Of a stretch of 64,000 nucleotides of DNA, positions 1 through 7,141 are shown piece by piece (the stretch's first letter is position 1; each line of letters opens with the position of its first letter). Under the pieces are notes generated by a model, which had not been told where the DNA came from, did no database searches, and saw only the letters and a list, made by a program, of their open reading frames with translations. The stretch lies in the IMG/VR virus record IMGVR_UViG_3300044878_000218, positions 1 to 64,000 of that record. One strand, written 5' to 3'. Source of the stretch: a virus. Taxonomy: Duplodnaviria; Caudoviricetes. The translations under genes and the position numbers were made by a program.

Positions 1-60
1 GGCGGTGGCGGTGGCGGGTACGACGTGGCAAGAAAGAGTCAGCAGAAAGGCGGCAATCAT
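1..60 (-). CDS. 5' end of a small, possibly secreted or membrane protein (runs off the window)
   Basis: ATG at 60 (minus) after an AAGGA RBS; MIAAFLLTLSCHVVPATATA resembles a signal peptide. Confidence 0.5.
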   Translation of the reverse strand, partial: MIAAFLLTLSCHVVPATATA

Positions 61-119
61 GGGAAGAAATCCTTAATCCGGGGAGTTGTGGGGCGCGGTG
101 CGCCCCGTTGGCGGTTGAC

Positions 120-929
120 TTAGGCGGTAGCGGCAAGGGGAGCCACTTTGCCGCCAGCGCGCTTGTCGGCGCCTTTGTTGTTGCCGTTGCGATTGGTGCC
201 CACGCTGGCGGATTGTTCGGCCTTGCCCGAGTCGACTTTGTCGCCGGCGGTCGCTGCAATCCCGGCTTCGGCCAATTTCTTCTGTTTCTCGGCTTCCTGT
301 TTCACCAATTGGGCGTCCAGTGCCAGAAACAGCGCTTTCGCCTTAACCATCGCGCTCAAAATCTCTTCTTCAGTGCCGATAAAGCGGCCGGCCTTGAAGC
401 AGTCGAGCGCCTTGTCGGCTTGGTTAGAAAAGGCCGTCGCGGTCATTTTCGGCGCTACTTCTTCCTTTTCAACTTCCGGCTTTTCCAGATTCTTGAATTC
501 CGTGAAAGTCAGCGCGAAGTCACCAAATTCGCTATAGAACTTAGCGCCGGACTGTTTGACCGTCTCGCTTTCCGACGTGGCGCCGACCGCTACAAAGTGA
601 GTCGACAGAATCGAGTCCTTTTGCAGTTTGACCAGACCCATCTTGCACGTCTTTTTGTCCCAAACCAGACGCGGAAAGTGCGCTTTAATGTAGTGGTACA
701 ACTCATAACCTTGTTTAGACAAGTCACCCGACTTAATGGTCATAACCGGCAGTTGGAACAAAGTATCCAACCAGTTGCGATTGCCATGTTTAGCCATTTG
801 CACAGTGGCGGCATTTGCCCAAACAGAAAGGATTGTTTCATGTTTAGCGAAGGACTTCTTGTAGGCGGCAATGAGGCGGGCGTCTACAGTGGTGCCTTGT
901 ACAACAATGCTTTTGATTTCGTTAGCCAT
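120..929 (-). CDS. hypothetical early protein (269 aa)
   Basis: ORF with AAGGA RBS; lysine-rich, AT-richer codons; first gene downstream of the leftward promoter. Confidence 0.8.
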   Translation of the reverse strand: MANEIKSIVVQGTTVDARLIAAYKKSFAKHETILSVWANAATVQMAKHGNRNWLDTLFQLPVMTIKSGDLSKQGYELYHYIKAHFPRLVWDKKTCKMGLVKLQKDSILSTHFVAVGATSESETVKQSGAKFYSEFGDFALTFTEFKNLEKPEVEKEEVAPKMTATAFSNQADKALDCFKAGRFIGTEEEILSAMVKAKALFLALDAQLVKQEAEKQKKLAEAGIAATAGDKVDSGKAEQSASVGTNRNGNNKGADKRAGGKVAPLAATA

Positions 930-1204
930 GATATTTAATTCCTTATTGCTAGTTAGTTATGGCAAGTATCCGAAGCAGATACTTGATCTAAATAACTAGG
1001 GGAGTGATTAAGTTCTAAGTGCTTATTGCTAGTCGGGCATGTCAGCTAGTGGCTAGTGACATGCCCTTAATCTAGTAAGTGTTGCTTACGGTAGTACGTG
1101 TAGCTCACTGCTGTTATTTGTCGGTCGGCGATCGCTCGTATGTAGTATCTAAAAGATAAGCGGATTAATCCCGTGCCAGTCAGCTAGTGTATATCGGTTA
1201 GTAG

Positions 1205-1216
1205 TGTTAAAGAGTT
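1205..1216 (-). promoter_or_regulatory. boxA-like antitermination site 2
   Basis: AACTCTTTAACA on the minus strand; shares CTCTTTAACA with site 1. Confidence 0.5.
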
Positions 1217-1505
1217 GATAACAATCTACAGTGAGTTTCGAGGCTTTACCGACGTCTAACCGCCCGGTGGGCTGGTGAGTCTGGCTTGATCCGTTGATAA
1301 AGGTTAAACGGGCCTAGAATCCCTCTGGATGCTGCATAGTGGCCGTGTGTATATCCACTACGCTCTAAGCCTGTATGGAAGCTCTAACCGCCGATCATGT
1401 AACCCTGTAGCTGGACAGGTTCTCGTAGGCAAGTCTTCCCCGTGCCTGGCTTTGCTTAAGCCAAACATTGTTGTCGCGGGTATCCGCAAATGAAACTCAC
1501 TGAAT

Positions 1506-1517
1506 TGTTAAAGAGCG
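1506..1517 (-). promoter_or_regulatory. boxA antitermination site 1 (NusB/NusE)
   Basis: CGCTCTTTAACA on the minus strand matches the rrn/nut boxA consensus, about 80 nt after the predicted start site. Confidence 0.75.
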
Positions 1518-1605
1518 GGCCAGCCGAGGCGCAAGGCCGGGGCGGGCGGTGGGCCAGAAGGCCTACCAGTGGAGCGGTGTTCGTTGTTACGTCCTACTGA
1601 GATGA

Positions 1606-1660
1606 ATAGTAGACATATAAGAAGATAAGAGCAAGCAAGAAATGTAGAAAAAGTGAAAAA
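1606..1660 (-). promoter_or_regulatory. sigma70-type early promoter with UP-like tract
   Basis: TTGCTC (1634-1629), 17-nt spacer, TACTAT (1611-1606), preceded by T-tracts. Confidence 0.7.
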
Positions 1661-1747
1661 GATTTCAGCGTCCCCCACCCCCATTTTTTCACTGTATATC
1701 CATCCAGTAGTGCGCCTAGGTCAGCGCTGGAAATTTTTTACTTTTTC
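1647..1747. repeat. imperfect ~24-bp inverted repeat flanking the SOS box
   Basis: GAAAAAGTGAAAAAGATTTCAGCG (1647-1670) versus CGCTGGAAATTTTTTACTTTTTC (1725-1747). Confidence 0.65.
1692..1707. promoter_or_regulatory. LexA (SOS) box
   Basis: CTGTATATCCATCCAG fits CTG-N10-CAG with the typical TATA core and a TA flank; intergenic. Confidence 0.65.
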
Positions 1748-1859
1748 AAAATCCACCCCTACACTCACCCCCACCCCGGCATGCAAGCCCTGAAAGACGC
1801 CCGGGTCCTGGCCCTCACCGGCCACTACCCCAACACCCAGTCCGACAGGAAGCCAGACC

Positions 1860-2387
1860 ATGCCACGCGCACCCAAAGCTACCCCTACACCGTCCACCGA
1901 AGTCGACATCCAAGACCTCCGCCCAACCCAGCCCGACCCCGCGGTCTACGACTACTCCACCGGCACCGACGGCGCCATGCCCGAAGTCGTGTTCAGCGCC
2001 CCGGCACCGACCCTCGCCGCCGAGCCCGCTCCCACAGACGCCGCCCCCAAATCACTGACCCCGGCCCAAGATGCCCTGGCCCAGTACAACGCTTCGCTCC
2101 CACAGGCCGAAGACGCCCAACTGCGCGCCCCTCTGCGCTTCGCCTACAAGGTGTTGCGGGCCAAGCTCACCCTGCACGACGTGACTGACCTGCCGGGCGA
2201 CGAGGACAACCCGCTGAGCCGCCTGACCTTCGGCGCCGTCTACTCCGCCGACGAGACCAACGAGGACAACGTCTTCGGCAAGGCCACCCCGTATGCGAGC
2301 TACAGCCTCAACGTGCGCCGTGACCTCGCTGCCCACCTGGAGCCAGGCGCGGCCTACTACGTTGACATCCAGAAGGTTCCGACCTAA
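1860..2387 (+). CDS. hypothetical protein: disordered Pro/Ala/Thr N-terminus plus compact C-terminal beta domain
   Basis: ORF with RBS and GC3-biased codons; C-terminus RAKL...FGKATP...PGAAYYVDI resembles a recurrent small phage domain. Confidence 0.8.
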   Translation: MPRAPKATPTPSTEVDIQDLRPTQPDPAVYDYSTGTDGAMPEVVFSAPAPTLAAEPAPTDAAPKSLTPAQDALAQYNASLPQAEDAQLRAPLRFAYKVLRAKLTLHDVTDLPGDEDNPLSRLTFGAVYSADETNEDNVFGKATPYASYSLNVRRDLAAHLEPGAAYYVDIQKVPT

Positions 2388-2433
2388 CCTTCAGCTGCTC
2401 ATCGACCTCCAAGCTTCTACGGTGTTGCACCCT

Positions 2434-2473
2434 AAGACCCCAAGGCCTAGTCCTCCTTGGGGTCTTTCTTTTT
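2434..2473 (+). terminator. intrinsic terminator
   Basis: AAGACCCCAAGG/CCTTGGGGTCTT stem followed by TCTTTTT. Confidence 0.85.
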
Positions 2474-2536
2474 CCGCCATCGCTGCCTATGCTCTCCCCG
2501 CCAATTAGCGAGTTATCCCACGGAGAGGACAGGACT

Positions 2537-3088
2537 ATGAGCCAGACACCCGACCGCACCAAGATCAATCCATTGACCCTCTTGCCCTACGACGTAGTCG
2601 ACGGAGGCATCCAGTCGCGCAACTACGAAGAAGGCAAGCAAGGCTGGCGCATCGGGGACTTGGGCGAGGTCGAGATCAGCCCCGCGATGATCAAAGACGC
2701 CACCATCACCACCGAGATCAGCGACCCTCTCCGTGCCCACGCTGCATGGGAAGGCATGGGCCTCGGCATCGAGATCGCCACCCTGGCACCCGGCGTCTCC
2801 GTCGAACCCGGCGATGTGGTCACCGCCAACCACCTGGTCACCAATCACCGTCTCCCCGACCACCTAATTGGTCCAACACCAGCTGCCGATGAACGCCGCT
2901 TCCTCGCCGTCACCCAGCGCAAGGTCGACGACATCGAGCAGCAGATCGAAGCGCTGCTCAACGAGTGCAAGCAGTACCCGGGCATCGACCAGCGCCACCT
3001 GTCGATCTTCCGCACCCACTGCGAGATCGGCCTGGCATTCGCTGCCAAGGCGCTGATGTACGTGGAAATTGTTGACGACGGGAAGTAA
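2537..3088 (+). CDS. protein with C-terminal Acb2/Tad1-like helical hairpin (putative cyclic-nucleotide sponge) and N-terminal tail-tip-like motif
   Basis: ATG at 2537 after AGGA; PGIDQRHLSIFRTHCEIGLAFAAKAL resembles the Acb2-family DxRWxxIxxTxxxxG helix. Confidence 0.55.
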   Translation: MSQTPDRTKINPLTLLPYDVVDGGIQSRNYEEGKQGWRIGDLGEVEISPAMIKDATITTEISDPLRAHAAWEGMGLGIEIATLAPGVSVEPGDVVTANHLVTNHRLPDHLIGPTPAADERRFLAVTQRKVDDIEQQIEALLNECKQYPGIDQRHLSIFRTHCEIGLAFAAKALMYVEIVDDGK

Positions 3089-3153
3089 TCTCGCTAAATT
3101 GCGGGCTCCGGGCACACGAACACCGACCCAAGGAAGGGTCACCGGAAAGATTC

Positions 3154-3230
3154 AGAGGGTTGGCGAAGTGGTCTAACGCACCGGGTTTTGATCCCGGCAT
3201 CCCAAGGTTCGAATCCTTGATCCTCTACCA
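3154..3230 (+). tRNA. tRNA-Gln (TTG)
   Basis: Acceptor AGAGGGT/ATCCTCT, anticodon arm CCGGG-TTTTGAT-CCCGG, T arm CAAGG-TTCGAAT-CCTTG, encoded CCA. Confidence 0.95.
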
Positions 3231-3232
3231 GT

Positions 3233-3447
3233 TCGAGACGTCAGTGACAAAATATCGGCGACCTGGAGGCGGTGACCGGCCCGGCTCCTACCTGCGAAAG
3301 ATCGCCGAGTCTCGATTCAAGCACGGAAGTTTAGGTGACGCGCAGAAAGCCACTGGCAACGTAACCTTCGGGCCAGTACAGGCGGATTAGCTAACCGCTC
3401 ACACCAGCAAGCGCTGCGGGAATACTCCTAAACCCTGATGCACTGAC
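3233..3447 (+). ncRNA. putative structured ncRNA of unknown class
   Basis: Helices 3233-3239/3309-3315, 3255-3261/3302-3308, 3329-3335/3427-3433, 3352-3357/3372-3377; possible pseudoknot 3240-3246/3441-3447. Confidence 0.6.
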
Positions 3448-3475
3448 AGCCCGGCCATCCGCCGGGCTTTCTTTT
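3448..3475 (+). terminator. intrinsic terminator
   Basis: AGCCCGGC-CATCC-GCCGGGCT followed by TTCTTTT. Confidence 0.85.
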
Positions 3476-3619
3476 GCCTCAAAACCCCGCTAACCTCCGA
3501 GATATGTCGGCCCGTGACCCCGAGTCACCTCATCCTCGATCGACCCACGGATAGGGACATCAGCCCCAACGGAGCAAGAAGCTCTAGCCGGCACCCAACA
3601 ACGAACGGATTCTTTTGCC

Positions 3620-3910
3620 ATGTCTGATAGCACAGCCAACATCCAAGACCTCATCGACCTGGTGGCCGCCAACACCGGCAGCACCAAGGCCGATGCCAAG
3701 GTCTTCATCCTCGCCACCCTGCAGGGCATCAACCAGCTGGTGGCCGACAAGGACAAGCTGACCCTGCGTGAGTTCGGCCGCTTCGAGATGCGCTACCGCA
3801 AGGCGCGGATCAACAGCCGGCCGATCCAGGGCGAGCCCACCGAGATCCCGGCGCGCGAGCTGCTGCACTTCACCCCGAGCAAGCTGCTGGCCAAAGAGGT
3901 GGACTACTGA
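3620..3910 (+). CDS. HU/IHF-family DNA-binding protein
   Basis: LTLREFGRFEMRYRKAR...TEIPARELLHFTPSKLL matches the HU arm signature. Confidence 0.9.
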   Translation: MSDSTANIQDLIDLVAANTGSTKADAKVFILATLQGINQLVADKDKLTLREFGRFEMRYRKARINSRPIQGEPTEIPARELLHFTPSKLLAKEVDY

Positions 3911-4524
3911 TGGCCTCGCGAATCGGTAACCTGCCAGGCATCACCACGGGGCCGGACGACACCGGCTGGGACGCGCCGGAGGTGGAGAAGTCCACCGCCC
4001 ACCCGGCCAGCTACAAGCCGATGGCCAGTCCACCGCCGGTGACCAACCTAGCCTCGCTCAAGTACGCTGACCCGGAGCTGCACGCGGGCATCGAAAACCT
4101 GATCATGAACCTGAAGAACGACATGCTGCCCGAAGAGATCCAGATGGATGTCATCGACGCCATGTCGCCGTCGGCCAAGCGGGCGCTGGTGATGCAGATC
4201 GCCGGGCTCGATGCCTCGGTGCTGGTCACGTTCAAGCAGCAGCTGTCGCTGATCGACGCCGTGACCCGCCGCGTGGTCACGCCCGAAGGCATCGCCATCA
4301 ACGGCCACGGCCTGGACATCAGCGTGAAGGACGCGCTGAACATGTCGATGAAGGTGATCGGCATTCTGGTCAAGGACATGCCCAAGGTGATCAACCTAGC
4401 CCGTGTCCAGCGCCTGGAAGACAGCCTGCTCAAGGTGGTGGAGACGCTGCCCAAACAACAGCAGCAGGAAGTCCTGCGCCTGCTGGAAGAGGAAGAGGCC
4501 AAGGCCGCCAAGGAGGCACGATGA
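3910..4524 (+). CDS. putative terminase small subunit
   Basis: Helical 204-aa protein two genes upstream of TerL; positional inference only. Confidence 0.4.
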   Translation: MASRIGNLPGITTGPDDTGWDAPEVEKSTAHPASYKPMASPPPVTNLASLKYADPELHAGIENLIMNLKNDMLPEEIQMDVIDAMSPSAKRALVMQIAGLDASVLVTFKQQLSLIDAVTRRVVTPEGIAINGHGLDISVKDALNMSMKVIGILVKDMPKVINLARVQRLEDSLLKVVETLPKQQQQEVLRLLEEEEAKAAKEAR

Positions 4525-5222
4525 AATTATTCAACTGGGTGAACGTGCGCGAGCTCAACGCAGTGAAGGAACAGGTCAAGCAGCTGGCCGCAGCTGTCGG
4601 CAAGGACGTCGGTGAGCTCAAAGCTCAAGTGGCGACCCTGCAGGAAGAGGTAAATAAATACCAAAAGTTGTTTGAGAACAGTGACTTACGTCGTAAAAAC
4701 GGACCCCGTTTTGCATCCAGCGGACCTGTTGGCGTAGTGGCAGGCATAGGTCCAGAACTGTTCGGCGAGCAGGTGTCGGAACAGCTGCGACGGTCGAGTG
4801 AGATGCGCAACCAGCGCCTGATGGGCGAGGCCCACCTCACCCTCAACGTCGACCTCAACGCGCCTCCGCCGAACAGAGAGCAGACCGCCGACGAGATGCG
4901 CAAGCAGATCACGGAGGCGATGTGCACCATCTCCGCCATGGGTGCACCCGAGATCCGCGTCAAGCAGGACTCCGTCGCACCGCTGCCAACCATCGAGCCC
5001 AGCCTGCTCAGCCAGTTCGCCCTGGAGTCCGAGAGGGACCTGCACCGGCGCGGCTTCCTGCGCAACGCCCCGTTCAAGGTCCGCACCGAGAAGACGCCAG
5101 GCCTCTTCCAGCGCGAGCTATCCATCGACGAGATGGAGATGCAAGAATCCCTCATGACCGACCAAGAGCGGCAGGACGCAGCTGACCTCGCGGAGCTGAC
5201 GGTTCATACACCCAAGGAGTAA
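4521..5222 (+). CDS. hypothetical protein with N-terminal coiled coil
   Basis: ORF with GGAGG RBS and ATGA coupling. Confidence 0.75.
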   Translation: MKLFNWVNVRELNAVKEQVKQLAAAVGKDVGELKAQVATLQEEVNKYQKLFENSDLRRKNGPRFASSGPVGVVAGIGPELFGEQVSEQLRRSSEMRNQRLMGEAHLTLNVDLNAPPPNREQTADEMRKQITEAMCTISAMGAPEIRVKQDSVAPLPTIEPSLLSQFALESERDLHRRGFLRNAPFKVRTEKTPGLFQRELSIDEMEMQESLMTDQERQDAADLAELTVHTPKE

Positions 5223-5228
5223 CACGCA

Positions 5229-7025
5229 GTGAGTGACCAGGGAACGGTATCGTCCCGGTTCAGGATGCAGCTGAACCGGGAAGAGGGCATGAAGTCCCTC
5301 GACAAGGTCATCCTCCAGCACGGCTATTGCGAGGGTGAACCCTTCAGCTTCGACGACCACGAATTCCAGATCGACATCGTCAACGACACGGCGCAGCGCA
5401 TCGACGTGCGCAAGTGTTCGCAGGTCGGACTGACCGAGATGATGGTGCAGAAGACCCTGGGCATCATGGCCGTGCAGAAGAACATCCGCATCATGTTCAG
5501 CCAGCCGACCAAGGAAATGGCCGGCAAGTTTTCCAAGGACCGGATCGACGGGACCATTGCCTGCAGCCCGTTCTACGCCGGCCTGGTGAAGGCCGGGTCG
5601 GACGCCGCGGGCATGAAGAAGCTCGGGCAGAACATGCTCTACATCATCGGCACCTACGGCGCCAACTCGGCGATTTCCGTCCCGGCCGAGATGATCATCT
5701 CCGACGAAATCGACTTCTCCAACGAGGCGGTCCTCGGCAAGCTCAACTCGCGTATCCGTCACGCCAAGACCGTCGACGAGAAAGGCCAGCGTGGCTACCG
5801 CTATCGCTTCTCGACGCCGACCGTGGACGGCTACGGCATCGACGTCGGCTTCCTCGCCGGTGACCAGCGCTACTACATGTGCCGCTGCCGCCACTGCAAC
5901 GAGTGGGTGGTGCCGGATTACCTGAACGACCTGATCCTGCCAGGCTGGGACAAGCCGCTGCTGGAGTTCAGCAAGGACAACCTGGACGACGAGCGCATCC
6001 GCATCGACGATGCCTGGATCAAGTGCCCCAAGTGCGCCAACGACCTGTGGGACTCGCTGCTCGATCCTGCCAGGCGTCAGTGGGTGGCGAAGAAGACCGA
6101 GAACTTCAACCACAGCTATCAGGTGTACCCGTGGGACGTACCGAAGTACAACACCCCGTCCGGCATCATCCGCCAGTACGAGGGCTACCCGCTCAAGGCT
6201 GACTTCTTCAACTTCGTAATCGGCCTGCCTTACTCCGATGCCGAGAACAGCTTCATCGTCACCGACGAGCACCGCAAGAAGACCTGCGACGTCGACCTGT
6301 GGATCTTCGGCCAGATCATGAAGAACGCGCGCACCGTCGGCGGCATGGACATCGGCAAGGTGTGCCACCTGACCGTCAAGGTCAAAGTCCCGTTCGGCTG
6401 GCATGTCGTGTGGATGGAGAAGATCCACAACACCAAGGGCGACCCGGCGCTGCCCAAGGTCCTGGCCCGGTTCGATTTCTACAAGATGCGCAAGCTGTGC
6501 ATCGACGCCGGCCCCGACATCACCCTGGTCAACGAGCTGGTCTCGGCGCGCGACAACGGCCGCATTCAGGCGGTGGTCTACACCGTGGTGCCGGGTTTCA
6601 TCCCGATCGTGCAGAAGCCCGACGGCGACACCATCAACGCTGACCGGACCAAGACCCTGAGCCTGCTGCTGAGCCAGCACAACTCCGGCGAGAACCACTA
6701 CCCGCACAAGGAAGACCTGCGGATCGAGTTGTTCAAGCACCTGAACACGACCAAGAAAATCCGTGAGCGCAACGCATTGGGCGACGTGGTCGAGAAGTTC
6801 ATCAAGACCGACAAGCAGGACCACTGGGTGCACTCGCTGAACTACGCCAACATCGCCGCGATGGCGCTGGAGCAGTTCGAGGATCACAGCGTGGTCGGTG
6901 TGATGCCTGGCACGTCCTCGGTGAAACTCGGCAGCAAGGTCGAGGAGAAGAACGAGCCAGTGGAGATGTCGAAGCAATTGGCCGGCATGTTCGGGTTTGC
7001 GAAGCGCAGAGGGATAACTCGCTAA
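5229..7025 (+). CDS. terminase large subunit (lambda GpA-like)
   Basis: RKCSQVGLTE Walker A variant, IISDEID Walker B, FSTPT, CxxC..CxxC zinc motif, GMDIG and DHWVH nuclease motifs. Confidence 0.92.
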   Translation: MSDQGTVSSRFRMQLNREEGMKSLDKVILQHGYCEGEPFSFDDHEFQIDIVNDTAQRIDVRKCSQVGLTEMMVQKTLGIMAVQKNIRIMFSQPTKEMAGKFSKDRIDGTIACSPFYAGLVKAGSDAAGMKKLGQNMLYIIGTYGANSAISVPAEMIISDEIDFSNEAVLGKLNSRIRHAKTVDEKGQRGYRYRFSTPTVDGYGIDVGFLAGDQRYYMCRCRHCNEWVVPDYLNDLILPGWDKPLLEFSKDNLDDERIRIDDAWIKCPKCANDLWDSLLDPARRQWVAKKTENFNHSYQVYPWDVPKYNTPSGIIRQYEGYPLKADFFNFVIGLPYSDAENSFIVTDEHRKKTCDVDLWIFGQIMKNARTVGGMDIGKVCHLTVKVKVPFGWHVVWMEKIHNTKGDPALPKVLARFDFYKMRKLCIDAGPDITLVNELVSARDNGRIQAVVYTVVPGFIPIVQKPDGDTINADRTKTLSLLLSQHNSGENHYPHKEDLRIELFKHLNTTKKIRERNALGDVVEKFIKTDKQDHWVHSLNYANIAAMALEQFEDHSVVGVMPGTSSVKLGSKVEEKNEPVEMSKQLAGMFGFAKRRGITR

Positions 7026-7028
7026 ATA

Positions 7029-7061
7029 GCGAGGAATGTCAGTACCTCTGACATTCCTCGC
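7029..7061. repeat. perfect 14-bp hairpin between terL and portal
   Basis: GCGAGGAATGTCAG-TACCT-CTGACATTCCTCGC; no U-tract. Confidence 0.7.
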
Positions 7062-7141
7062 GAATCATCGGTGAAACACCCCTTGTAATTCAGTACCTTG
7101 CGCCACTACACTCGCGCCATCTTTAGGGAAGAAAGAACGCC

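Larger units (their letters stand above)
945..1590 (-). ncRNA. putative structured leader or ncRNA with two boxA elements
   Basis: No ORF >60 aa; 11-bp long-range helix 1229-1239/1492-1502 enclosing several hairpins; further hairpins at 963-985 and 1035-1066. Confidence 0.55.

Noticed and set aside
108-938. 276-aa plus-strand ORF
   Set aside because: Mirror of 120-929 (minus), which has the RBS, promoter and natural composition
3160-3390. 76-aa ORF
   Set aside because: Overlaps the tRNA and structured RNA; no RBS
3330-3447. Hammerhead ribozyme (CTGATG and GAAA present)
   Set aside because: Core reads CTGATGC, not CUGANGA, and the helices do not place GAAA correctly
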